Shown here: positions 30,378-40,600 of the stretch, in pieces
Position numbering within the stretch: position 1 is the stretch's first letter
Layout of the letters: every line of letters starts with the position of its first letter
Origin: Candidatus Marinacidobacterales bacterium
GTDB lineage: Bacteria; Acidobacteriota; Vicinamibacteria; Marinacidobacterales; DATDRI01
Assembly: GCA_965197825.1 (NCBI GenBank)
Contig: CBDANW010000002.1
Location: 213,271 to 277,270 of the forward strand
DNA: 64,000 nt
Reading direction: 5' to 3'
Made by a program: the position numbers and the translations under genes
Notes under the pieces: generated by a model
Seen by the model: the letters and a program-made list of their open reading frames with translations, nothing else
Database searches by the model: none
Told to the model about the DNA's origin: nothing

Positions 30378-33300
30378 ATGAAACGAAATATACTTCTAGG
30401 CCCGTTAGCGTGCATGCTCATCGCGAGCACGGCGTCGGCTCAGGTCGAGATCACAGGTCGCATCGTAGTGGCCGTGGAAGACCAGCAAGGCAGCCGCCTT
30501 CCTGGCGCCACGGTATCGGCGTCGGCATCGGACAGCGTTACGTCGCGCGAGGCGGTGACGAACTCGGTTGGAGAAGCGACGCTGCTCGCCATGGATCCTT
30601 CCGCGAGCTACAGCGTCGTCGTCACCATGCAAGGTTTTGCCGACTCGCGCAACGAGAACGTTCTCGTGCGCTCGGGTCACACAGCCTCGCTGCGCGTGAC
30701 CTTAGGCCTGGCCGGCGTTGCGGTGACCGTCACTGTAACCACGGAGACACCTCTCGTCGACACCACCAGCGCCATCACCGGCCAGGACGTGACGCTCGAG
30801 CTGACGGAATCGCTTCCGACAGGTCGGAGCTACCAGAGCTATCTGCAGCTTGTTCCAGGAGTCTTGCCCGATGATCCGGACAAGCCGGGCAATCCGTCCG
30901 CCAAGTCGGGTCTGAACTACAGCGACATCAATGGCGATGTCGGCCATTCAGCTGACAACTTCTATTACATCGACGGGATCAACATCACGGATGGCAACAG
31001 CGGCACCTTCGGCGCCAACCTGAACACGGAGATCATCCAGGAGCAGAAGGTCCTCACCGGCGGTATGCCCGCGGAGTACGTGGGCGCGCCTGGCTTGATG
31101 TCGAACGTGGTCTTGAAGGCCGGAAGCAACACGTTCAGCGGATCCGTCAACTACTTCTTCCAGAACGACAGCCTCGAAGCAGCCAACGAGAACTTAAAGG
31201 ATCAGGCATTCTCCACGTATGACGGGGCGTTTACTCTCGGTGGACCCATCATCACGGACAAATCTTGGTTCTTCGCGAGCTACCGGCGCATCAATCGTGA
31301 TGACGATGTGGTCGCGAACGACACCGGTGAGTTTCTCCGTACCGTCAGCAACTCTCAGGACCAATGGTACTTGAGAGGAACGTACTCGCCGACTGCGTAC
31401 GATACCGTCAGCTTCACGTTTTTGAACGATCCAACGACCATCAGCGGGCGTCGCGAGATCGACATCAGTAATGCCCGTGACCGCTCCCGCGATCAAGGTG
31501 GGAACCGGTGGGGCGTCAAATACTCCCGTCTACTGGGGATGAACGCCCTCCTCAACGTCGTCTTCAACAAGCACAACGGTGAGCTCTCCGACTTCAGTGT
31601 CATCCGCGAGGCGGAGAACAGCATCTCTTTCCCAGCCGGCTCCGGTTTCACCCGTGCGGATCAGGAGCTCGGCGGATGGGGGTCGGACATCATCAATCAA
31701 CGCGACACGAAGCTCTTCAGTGCCTCGCTCGACTACTCCCCAGACGTTCACGACATCAAGGCCGGTGTCGAGTGGAAAGAGAACTCGAACTTCCGTAACG
31801 GTTTAACGATCGGTGCCGACAACGCTCGGTGGTGGTCGTTGGATCCGAGCCTATCTGGAATCACGGCGGGCGACTACGTGTTTCGGGCCGGAAGCTCCGG
31901 CGAGATCGCCGGGGCCGTGAACTTCGACCCCTCAAACGCGAGCGATTACGGCGGGCTCATCAGGACCATCGATGGCCGACCCGATCGTGCGGCGTTCTAC
32001 AACGCCTACGATTCGAATGGCGATGGCACGATCACCCAGGAAGAGCTGGCCGCGAACATGGTATTCAACAGCACCGCCGGCAACCCCCACGGGAGAGTCA
32101 ATTACGACCGTTTCGCCCAGACGGCCGCCGGCGAGCAGTTCACGAAGAACCGCGGCTTGACCTTCTACGTTCAGGACTCGTTCCGCGCCGGCAACTTCGT
32201 GTTCAACGCCGGCCTCCGAATAGAGAATTGGCGCTACTTCAACACTCTGGGTGAGAAGACGTCGTTCTTCGAGTGGACCTTTGCTCCCCGTATCAGCGCT
32301 GTCTACGACATCAAGGGCGATGCGCGGCAAAAACTCTCCGCGTTCTGGGGCCGCTACTACGATCCGATCCGCAACAACATGACGAACTTCGCCGGTTCGG
32401 TCTCCGGCCGCGTGCGCGAAGAGCAGGTCTGGGCCAATGCCGTCGGCGACTGGGTAACCTACCGTGTCCGTGGCGGCCCGGTGCAACCGGATGCCTTGTT
32501 CGCACCGACGACGAAGACGCCGTACACGGACGACCTCCAGGTCGGCTACGAGATCGACCTCGGCAACAGCACGAGCTTCGAGGTTCTCTACACGAACCGT
32601 CGCACGCGCCAAATCCTCGAGGACTATGACCTCGCGCTCTACGCGTTCGCGACCGATGGCTCGACGCTCTACCTCGGTCCGATCGATCACCCCGACTCCT
32701 TGTTCCTCGGTTTGGACTACTTCGGGTACACCGAGAACCCTGGATCGAACTTCGTGATTGCCACTCTCGCGGGCGGCAAGCGCGACTACCAGGGTCTCGA
32801 GCTTACCTTCCGTAAGCGCTTCACCGGCAATTGGCAGGCGCTCGTTTCGTACAACTACAACGACGCCAAGGGCAACACGAACTCGGACTCCAACGCCGAC
32901 TTTCAGGGCGACGTGATTTGGCTCGACCCGCGGGCGCCGAACCAGTTCGGTGACCAACCGGGCCTCATCCGTCACCTCTTCAAGGGAGCCGTCACCTATC
33001 AGTTCGACATGGGGCTGGAGCTCGGTACTGGCTTTACGGCCAACAATGGGTTCCTTCTGAGTCGGACGTTCCTCGCTTCCAGACGTCACCTGCCAATCCG
33101 GGATACCCAGAACACGACGTTTGCCGGAATCACCCGGAGGTGGCTCGAACCCGGTGCCGTTGGCGGCGTGGATAACCCCTCATGGGCGCAACTCGATCTA
33201 CGGATCCAGTACATCGCCCGGTTCCAGGGCAACATGCGAGCGGAGTTCTTCGTGGACATCTTCAACGTGCTCAACAGCCAGGTTGCGTTCCGCAACCAGG

Positions 33301-33395
33301 ACTTGGTGGCCGGTGGCGGTGGCATCGACTTCGGCGAGGCTACCAACTGGCGCCGTCCGAGGCGCATGTTCCTCGGAGTCCGCTTCAACTTCTAG
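30378..33395 (+). CDS. TonB-dependent receptor with carboxypeptidase-regulatory-like N-terminal domain (about 1005 aa)
   Basis: Signal peptide MKRNILLGPLACMLIASTASAQ. VEITGRIVVAVEDQQGSRLPGATV. Plug and 22-strand-type barrel. C-terminal ...GVRFNF. AT-rich promoter region upstream (30185-30350). Confidence 0.85.
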   Translation: MKRNILLGPLACMLIASTASAQVEITGRIVVAVEDQQGSRLPGATVSASASDSVTSREAVTNSVGEATLLAMDPSASYSVVVTMQGFADSRNENVLVRSGHTASLRVTLGLAGVAVTVTVTTETPLVDTTSAITGQDVTLELTESLPTGRSYQSYLQLVPGVLPDDPDKPGNPSAKSGLNYSDINGDVGHSADNFYYIDGINITDGNSGTFGANLNTEIIQEQKVLTGGMPAEYVGAPGLMSNVVLKAGSNTFSGSVNYFFQNDSLEAANENLKDQAFSTYDGAFTLGGPIITDKSWFFASYRRINRDDDVVANDTGEFLRTVSNSQDQWYLRGTYSPTAYDTVSFTFLNDPTTISGRREIDISNARDRSRDQGGNRWGVKYSRLLGMNALLNVVFNKHNGELSDFSVIREAENSISFPAGSGFTRADQELGGWGSDIINQRDTKLFSASLDYSPDVHDIKAGVEWKENSNFRNGLTIGADNARWWSLDPSLSGITAGDYVFRAGSSGEIAGAVNFDPSNASDYGGLIRTIDGRPDRAAFYNAYDSNGDGTITQEELAANMVFNSTAGNPHGRVNYDRFAQTAAGEQFTKNRGLTFYVQDSFRAGNFVFNAGLRIENWRYFNTLGEKTSFFEWTFAPRISAVYDIKGDARQKLSAFWGRYYDPIRNNMTNFAGSVSGRVREEQVWANAVGDWVTYRVRGGPVQPDALFAPTTKTPYTDDLQVGYEIDLGNSTSFEVLYTNRRTRQILEDYDLALYAFATDGSTLYLGPIDHPDSLFLGLDYFGYTENPGSNFVIATLAGGKRDYQGLELTFRKRFTGNWQALVSYNYNDAKGNTNSDSNADFQGDVIWLDPRAPNQFGDQPGLIRHLFKGAVTYQFDMGLELGTGFTANNGFLLSRTFLASRRHLPIRDTQNTTFAGITRRWLEPGAVGGVDNPSWAQLDLRIQYIARFQGNMRAEFFVDIFNVLNSQVAFRNQDLVAGGGGIDFGEATNWRRPRRMFLGVRFNF

Positions 33396-33424
33396 TCGTA
33401 GCGAACCGAGATTCGTTTCAAGGA

Positions 33425-33605
33425 GGCCGGTGCTTGCGCTGTTTGCTGTTGGTGATGTGTACGCATCCCTTTGCAAAAAAAGCGCTTACGCTCCATTTAA
33501 CGGGTGCTTCCGCCATCAAGTGTTGGTAAAATGACGCTAAGACTTTACGGTGCATTAAATTACAGCCATGGTCTTTCAAAAGGGCCGAGTTTTGGCACAG
33601 GACGG
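33425..33605. repeat. Composite repeat: family B plus solo TIR end
   Basis: See family B. Confidence 0.7.
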
Positions 33606-34019
33606 GGTCTCCGCTTTCAATTTTTCCTGATTCCGTGGCGGGTTCGACAACAGTCGCCTCAAATAGCCTTCGTTCATGCGCTCCCCTGCGGCGCAGTGGC
33701 CCATGGTCGCAATGAGAAAAAGACATGTGGAAATCAACACGAATTTCATTCGACGAACCTCGCTGTCCTATGGCCATGTTGAGTGCTGCGGGCACCAGTT
33801 CGGTGCGAACGACATCGCGCTCGTGCAACCCCCGCAGCCCTTGCGCCCGATCAGCATACTATCAACGTAGCGCTGCGCGTTGCGCGCCGAAATGAGCCAC
33901 CGCCATCTCCGAACGCTCGACCACGGGCATACCCTGAACGCCCTCGCTTCCGCCGGCCACATGGCGACGCGTTTCGCCGACGCCCGTGCCGTTCTCGGAC
34001 ACGTCGTGCACCGCAACTC

Positions 34020-34325
34020 CGACTGGAGCGCGTCGTGTCCGAAAAAAACAAACGAACTCAAGACCGGCGCGCCACGGGCGTTTCGGATAGTGCTTGCGCT
34101 GTTTACTGTTGGTGATGTGTACGCATCCCTTTGCAAAAAAAGCGTTTACGCTCCATTTATCGCGCAGCGAAGGTCACGAGCGCTATTTTGGCTGTAATTT
34201 AATGCACCGTAAAGCCTTAGCGTCATCTCACCAACACTTAATGGCGGAAGCACCCGCGGATTCCAAGGGCGTCTAAGCTGCTGATTTGTGATCTATTTCA
34301 AAAGGGCCGAGTTTTGGCACAGGAC
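34020..34325. repeat. Composite repeat: family D (cgtcgtgtccaaaaa...cgtttcgga) plus family B plus TIR end
   Basis: Family D also at 3955-4040, 4515-4545, 17370-17420 (reverse complement) and 53540-53610. Confidence 0.65.
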
Positions 34326-34394
34326 GGGGTGGCGGATGGTGCAGTTCGGAGCTATCCGGTCTCGGCAAAAGGTATTTCTTCAGTTTCTTCAGTA

Positions 34395-34409
34395 TCCCCC
34401 CCCCCTTTT
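34395..34409. repeat. Homopolymeric C10-T5 tract
   Basis: tccccccccccttttt. Confidence 0.6.
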
Positions 34410-35159
34410 TCGCCGCGCGGGTAGTGCGGCAATGTAGCGAATACTCAGAGAAGCCCCGGTGCCCACATCGTTCTATCTGCTTCCTCTACAGTGATTTAAC
34501 GGACGCCGTCACGTGCTGGCCCACGCACACCTCATCGACGGGTGGTCGTTCGAGCCTGAATTCAAATCGGCTTCAATCAGCTTTTCTATACGGTAATTTC
34601 AACTTCCTTGACGCCTGAAAGAGGGCCGTGTCGTAAACCCTCCGGAGGAGGCTAAGGCCGTTACTCATTGTCGCAAAAGGCTTTACGCCTCATCGGCGGA
34701 CGTTTCGTCGACGGGAACACCTTTCCGGCTATCGCAGTCGGCAGGCTCGAGTGGGGGCGAGTGGAGCTTCCGATTCTTGGCTGGAAACGATCAGAAACAG
34801 AGCAAAACAGGCCATCAACTGGCAATTTGGGGCGATTTGGGGGCTTATCGTGTCCATTTTTGCGCTTAATCGCGCAGACAATGAGAAGACGCTTAACGCC
34901 TAGATCGCGTCTGAGGAGAAGGCGAATAGCGGAATTCGAATTGGTCAAACCTCGAATTCATCCAGCGGAGCTTTACGGAGGAGACGAAGATGGCTCCGCC
35001 AGACGGTGCAGTACAAGGAGCTATCCGCTCTTGTCTGGAAACCATGACAGGGAATTTGGGCCAGTTTGAGTCTGATTGGTGGAGGCCAGTGTCGGAGAGC
35101 AGCTTGCTGCTAACCGAGGCCATTCACGAAGTGGGCGCTGGCAGATGCAGCAGGCAGGC

Positions 35160-36303
35160 TCACAGCGTTGCAACGAGCACTCGCTGTTTCTCCCAATCGT
35201 CGGGAAGCGGATGATGCAGGAGGTAGCTCGAGGTCAGCCCAACGGGCTGGCGACCTTCGACAATGGCGCGGACAATGTCGGGGGCCAGGAAGGCATAGCG
35301 GATTGCCTTGCGCACGCGGTCCGTTGGGATGGCGTCTTCGGTGGCAATCTGCTCATAGGTTTTGCCTGCTTTGATCCGGTCGAGCCAGAAGAGGGCGTTG
35401 GCGATATTGCGCAGGAGTGTGCGGTCGACGGATTTCGTACGGATTTCGTGGGGTTGCCCAGAACGAGCTTGGTCTCGACGCCGCGTCGGCGCAAGCGGAA
35501 CGGCGCGTGGATACGGAGTGCATCCTCGCGAATGCGGTCGGACCCCATAGAGAGGCAAGCAGCGAACGCATTGCGGTCGAGGAGGATAGACACAGAGCCG
35601 GGGCTGATATCGACCCGCCGGATGAGGCGGAGCAGGCGGGCTACCGAGGCACTGTCATTATTACTACCGGAACACAGCCCGTCTAAAAAGCGACGCACCG
35701 AGGCGAGCTCTTGCATCGTCGGGGTGTGGGTCAGCGAGGCCGAGAAGGTCGTGGTATCCACATGCTGTCGGATGAGATGCACGACGGTCTGTTCCAGCAT
35801 CGGGGCGGGCAGGCGCCAGCCGGAGAGGTCCTTTTGGCCACTGTGCTGGATGAGGCGCCGGGAGACGTAGTAGCGGAGCCGTTGCCCGTTTTTCTTTTTG
35901 GTGTGGCTCGGCGTCAGCCGGTCCCCGGTCTCGTCGAAGAGCTTGCCTGCCAGTGGGGAAGGGGCGGCGCGGCCCTTCGTCGTGCGTCTCCTTGGTTTGG
36001 CAGCCCCTGCCTGCAGCTGCGCCTGGACCGCGTCCCAGAGCTCCGGAGCAATGATCGATGGATGCTGGCCCTCGTAGACACGCCTCTGGTGCCGGATGCG
36101 GCCGGCGTAGAGAGGATTGGTCAGCAGGCAGTGGAGGTGTCCGCGACGGAACGGCAGCCCTCCTGTCCGGGTTCCATCCGCGGCGAAGCGTTGCTTGGTG
36201 CGCAGTCCCAGATGGTCCGCCTCGGCCTTCACCTGCCGGAGCGTTCCGTGCTTCCGGTACAGCGCATAGAGCGTCCGACCGTGACCGTGAGCTACCCTCA
36301 GAA
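35160..36303 (-). pseudogene. Large serine recombinase, C-terminal two-thirds (recombinase domain, Cys-less zinc-ribbon-like region, C-terminal HTH-like tail). Frameshift near 35545. N-terminus cut by the IS at 36304.
   Basis: ...LYALYRKHGTLRQVKAEADHLGLRTKQRFAADGTRTGGLPFRRGHLHCLLTNPLYAGRIRHQRRVYEGQHPSIIAPELWDAVQAQL... . Tail continues in another frame (35160-35558). Confidence 0.65.
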
Positions 36304-37646
36304 GGTGTGGAAATAAAGTAAAGGCGGAGTAACCTTCCGCGTCACGAAACACGGCCTGAAGGGGCCAACGGAAGGAGACACCGCCATGAAGGAAAAGACC
36401 ACAGGACGACGGAGCTCGTCAAGGGTGGCTTGGGAGTCGCTGGAGAAGTGGGCGAGGCTTGAGATCCAGGATTGGGTGCAGGAGCTGATGGTAGCCGAAG
36501 TCACGGAGCTTCTCGGGCGTGAGAAATCGGAGAGACGGAAGCCCGTGGACACAACGGCGGGCTATCGAAATGGATACGGTAAGCCTCGGAAGCTGACGAT
36601 GAGCGTGGGCACAGTGACGGTTCGCCGGCCGAGAGTACGGAACGTGGAGGAGAGGTTCGAAAGTCGAGTGCTTCCGCTGTTCAAGCGTCGGAGCGAAACG
36701 GTGAGCGAGTTGATTCCGGAGCTGTACCTGCATGGACTAGCTCACGGAGATTTCGATCTGGCGCTCCGCGGGCTTCTAGGGGAGGACGCTCCACTTTCTC
36801 CCAGCACGGTGTCGCGGCTGAAACAGAAATGGCAGGGAGAGTACGAGCAGTGGCTAGCTAGCCCACTGGAAGAACTCGAGCTCGTGTACCTGTGGGTAGA
36901 TGGCGTGTACGTGAAGGCCGGCCTTGAGAAGGACAAGGCGGCGGTGCTAGTTGCGGTTGGTGGCCTGTCCGACGGGACGAAAATCGTCCTGACGCTGGAG
37001 GCCGGGCATCGAGAATCCGAAGCGTCATGGTCGTCGCTGCTACGGAGACTGAAGAAGCGCGGTCTGAGATGTCCCCGTTTGGTGATCGGTGACGGTCATC
37101 TCGGCATCTGGGCCGCGACCCGAAACGTATTTCCAGAAGCTGAGGAACAGCGGTGCTGGAACCACCGAATCCTCAACGTACTGGACCGGATTCCGAAAAG
37201 GGACCAGGCGCAGGCCAAGCCGCTGTTGACGGCGATCCCCTACGCCACCAGCCTGCAGGAGTGCGAGACGAAGAAGGCCAAGTTCCAGGATTGGTGCTTG
37301 CGCAAGGGTCTTCCGGGGGCCGCGCACGTGCTCGACGAGGACTGGGAGCGGATGGTCAGCTTCTATTCCTTTCCCAAGCCTCACTGGCAACACCTTCGCA
37401 CGAGCAACGTCGTGGAGTCACCGTTCGCTGCACTGAGATTGAGAACGGATGCGGCCAAAAGGTTCAAGAAAGTCGAGTCCGCCACTGCGACAATCTTCAA
37501 ACTGCTTCTGGTTGCGGAGAAGAATTTTCGCCGGCTCAACGCACCGGAGCTGATGCGAGAGGTTCACCTGGGCGTTCGATTTGAAGATGGAGACAGGGTA
37601 ACGGAGTCGTCGAAGGTTGCTGCTGCCTGAACTTTTTTACACACCT
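36304..37646 (+). mobile_element. IS256-family insertion sequence, type 3
   Basis: IRs GGTGTGGAAATAAAGTAAAGG and GGTGTGTAAAAAAGTTCAGG. Inserted into the serine recombinase gene. Confidence 0.75.
36386..37630 (+). CDS. IS256-family transposase (type 3)
   Basis: 414 aa. ...YLWVDGVYVKAG...VLVAVG...RCWNHRILNVLD... Confidence 0.8.
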   Translation: MKEKTTGRRSSSRVAWESLEKWARLEIQDWVQELMVAEVTELLGREKSERRKPVDTTAGYRNGYGKPRKLTMSVGTVTVRRPRVRNVEERFESRVLPLFKRRSETVSELIPELYLHGLAHGDFDLALRGLLGEDAPLSPSTVSRLKQKWQGEYEQWLASPLEELELVYLWVDGVYVKAGLEKDKAAVLVAVGGLSDGTKIVLTLEAGHRESEASWSSLLRRLKKRGLRCPRLVIGDGHLGIWAATRNVFPEAEEQRCWNHRILNVLDRIPKRDQAQAKPLLTAIPYATSLQECETKKAKFQDWCLRKGLPGAAHVLDEDWERMVSFYSFPKPHWQHLRTSNVVESPFAALRLRTDAAKRFKKVESATATIFKLLLVAEKNFRRLNAPELMREVHLGVRFEDGDRVTESSKVAAA

Positions 37647-37797
37647 ATTGACAAGAGCTCAAGGCACCTCGAATCAATGACAAGCGAGTTATACGCGACG
37701 TATCTATCAGCTGTGTGACATACTTGCTGGATGGAAATTCATCAAAAAGAACTCGTGGCCTTGCGCTGCAACCCAAAGCAAAAGACTATCTCGTTCC

Positions 37798-38114
37798 CGT
37801 CCTGTGCCAAAACTCGGCCCTTTTGAAAGACCATGGCTGTAATTTAATGCACCGTAAAGTCTTAGCGTCATTTTGCCAACACTTAATGGCGGAAGCACCC
37901 ATGAGGTCTGTGTGAGCAGCAGGGCTGCCCGATCGAACAACGGCTGCCTGACCAACAGTAGGAATTGCACATGGTACGTCATGATGGATCCGAAGATAAC
38001 ACCCTCGGGCCAGACGATTGTAAAGCCCACAGCCCTTGGCACCGTCGCAAAACACAGACGCTAAGCTGCTGATTTATCGGTTATTTCAAGAGGGCCGAGT
38101 TTTGGCACAGGACG
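37798..38114. mobile_element. MITE copy (IS481-like derivative)
   Basis: See 8710-9026. Confidence 0.8.
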
Positions 38115-38255
38115 GGGTGAAACGACGGAACGTTCCACGCCCGCGCATCTCAAGAAACTTAAGCAACTCTTCGAGGACGCTCCAAGCCTCTAGCCGACTG
38201 CCACTAACCCCGCCCCAAGCGGTTGTGGTCCCTGGATAAGTAGATTCTGCAGGAG

Positions 38256-38963
38256 GTGATAAAGAGTTTGCGGTTGCTTGTGGCCCGGATTCGCAGACTG
38301 GAATTCATGAGCGTGGTGACTTTCGTCCGGAACGCCATCGCAGACTATAGGAGTACGGCGTCTCTAGTGCCGAGTTCCCGGCACCTCGCTCGGGCGATGG
38401 TGAGGCCGCTGTGTGGCAAGGCGCCTCGGGTCGTGGTCGAGTTCGGTCCGGGAACAGGCGTGATGACCCGCGAATTGCTTCAGCTGATGCCGGATGACGG
38501 CACTCTGCTCGCGTTCGAGATCAGCGAGCGGTTCGTGACGTACCTGCGCGAGACCGTTCCGGACCCGCGCTTGCAAATCGTGCAAGCGAGCGCGGAGACC
38601 GCAGCGATGGAACTGAGTCGTCGCGGCATCGAACAGGTTGACGGGGTCGTGTCGTCTCTGGGCATCAGCTTCATGGACATGGGGTCGGTGGACGCGCTCT
38701 TCCGCCCTCTCCTGTCGCACTTGGGCAAGAAAGGCACGATCACTCAGTTCCAATATGTCACATCCGCATGGGGCTCCATGGCTGGCGTGTTCAGTATTTC
38801 GATGCGGGCAGTTATGAAGCGCTACTTCCGTTGCGTCCAATCGACCTGCGTGTGGCTGAACCTGCCGCCCGCTTTCGTGATCACCGGCCACGGGGCACGG
38901 ACCGCCGCCGAGGCTCCGTCGAACGGAATCGAAATCGAGAGCCTCCGGTATACTCGCAACTAG
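38256..38963 (+). CDS. Class I SAM-dependent methyltransferase, PmtA/rRNA-adenine-dimethylase-like fold (phospholipid N-methyltransferase-like)
   Basis: FVRNAIADYRSTASLVPSSRHLARAMV (family N-terminal motif) and VVEFGPGTGVMT (motif I). Alternative start at 38307. Confidence 0.55.
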   Translation: MIKSLRLLVARIRRLEFMSVVTFVRNAIADYRSTASLVPSSRHLARAMVRPLCGKAPRVVVEFGPGTGVMTRELLQLMPDDGTLLAFEISERFVTYLRETVPDPRLQIVQASAETAAMELSRRGIEQVDGVVSSLGISFMDMGSVDALFRPLLSHLGKKGTITQFQYVTSAWGSMAGVFSISMRAVMKRYFRCVQSTCVWLNLPPAFVITGHGARTAAEAPSNGIEIESLRYTRN

Positions 38964-39099
38964 CAGATCGATCGGTGCCTTTCGGCGGGCTTGTGATCCG
39001 CAAAAAGAAGATCGCGTATTGACGGGCAGACAGCCATGGGAGTTGAGGTACTGCGAACTCGTCTTCGCCTCGGTGGAGATTCTGCACGGTACTGTCAAG

Positions 39100-39398
39100 T
39101 TGAGGCGAGCCTGCGCCGGTCGTCGTCCGAGAGCCTGAGACGCTTGCCCCGAAGCCCGGCTCGGAGCACACGGTTCTCCTCTTACTGGTAGTCGATCACA
39201 TCTTGCTGCTGGCGGTTGACCCAGCCAGCTAGAACGAGCAGTAGGAATTGCACGTGGTACGTCATCATGGATCTGAAGATAACACCCTCGGGCCAGACGA
39301 TTGTAAAGCCCACGGCCCTTGGCCCGGTCGCAAACACAGACACTAAGCTGCTGATTTATGGCCTATTTCAAAAGGGCTGAGTTTTGGCACAGGACGCG
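39100..39398 (-). mobile_element. IS481-like 5' fragment (left TIR plus first about 60 codons)
   Basis: Matches 22909-23210 in reverse complement. Confidence 0.75.
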
Positions 39399-39404
39399 CA
39401 AGCT

Positions 39405-40506
39405 CGACGAAGCGCTGTCGCGCGGGTTCCAGCGCCGCGTATAGCCTGTCCTGGCTCGCCTTGGGGTCGAAGTACACCCGCCCGAAGGTCTCGACATCGT
39501 CGGACATGAACACGCCGAAGTTGAGCAGTCTGCCCTGAATCTCGTAGAGGAGGTTGGGGTCGGTCTCCTCCGAGAGCAAAGTGGTCTCGTAGTACGGCTC
39601 GAAAGCCTTCCTGATCTCCTCGGCTTCGTTGGCGAAGTCGAGCACCATCGTGCCCTTCTTGCCGAGATGCGTGCGGTTCAGGCGGGACAGCGTCTGGACC
39701 GCGTTCACACCGCCGAGCTTCTTGTCCACGTACATCGTGTGGAGCAAGGGCTGGTCGAAACCGGTCTGGAACTTGTTGGCAACCACCAGGAAGCGGTACT
39801 CGGGCTTGTCGAACTCGGCTGCCGTCTGCCGCTCGCCGATGACCCGCTCTTGATCGGCCGAGTTCATGCTGGACTCCGTGTAGGATTCGCCACGGTCCTT
39901 CACCGTTCCAGAGAAGGCGACGAGCGCTTTCCAGGGATGGCCCTTCTCGGCCAAGTAGCGATCCAGGGCGAGCTTGGTGTGTACCGCGTGCAGGCGCGAG
40001 CGCGTCACAATCATCGCCTTGGCCCGCCCGGCGATCTTGCCCGCGACCTGTGCCGCGAAATGCTCTACACAGATAGCGATCTTCTCGCGGATCGCATGCC
40101 GGTGCAGCTCGACGAAGGACTTGAGCAGATACTCCGCCTGTCGCTTGTCGTACCGTGGATCGTCCTCGATCTTCTTCAGCAGACGCCAGTACGCCTTGTA
40201 GGTCGTGTAGTTCGCGAGCACATCGAGGATGAACCCTTCTTTGATCGCCTGTCGCATGCTGTAGCGGTGGAAGGGCTCGAACTTTCCGTCCGGTCGCTTC
40301 CGGCCGAAGAGCTCAAGGGTCTTGGGCTTCGGGGTCGCCGTAAAGGCGAACGTCGAGAGGTTCGGCATCCGTCCACGACTTCGAATTTCCTTGAGGATCC
40401 GGTTCTCGACCTCCTCTTCCGGGGTCTCGGCACCCGCTTCCTCTTTTTCGGCGTCTTCACTCGGGGCAGGACGGACATGCGTCAAAACACGGGATTTCTC
40501 CAACAC
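39405..40506 (-). pseudogene. hsdR: Type I restriction enzyme R subunit (HsdR) internal/C-terminal fragment, truncated at both ends
   Basis: ...STFAFTATPKPKTLELFG... (helicase motif) and ...FLVVANKFQTGFDQPLLHTMYVDKKLGGVNAVQTLSRLNRTH... . 3' end runs into a TIR. Confidence 0.6.
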
Positions 40507-40546
40507 CGAAATGGGGGAGAAACACCACAGTCGCGAGGGACAGAAG

Positions 40547-40596
40547 TTTCGGTGACAGCTACTTCATCTAAAAAGATGAGGTAGCTGTCACCGAAA
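40547..40596 (-). terminator. 22-bp-stem hairpin immediately downstream of the kamA-like gene
   Basis: tttcggtgacagctacttcatct-aaaaa-gatgaggtagctgtcaccgaaa. Confidence 0.45.
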
Positions 40597-40600
40597 TAGC

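Noticed and set aside
31932-33089. 385-aa minus-strand ORF opposite the 30378-33395 receptor
   Set aside because: Antisense artefact of a GC-rich gene.
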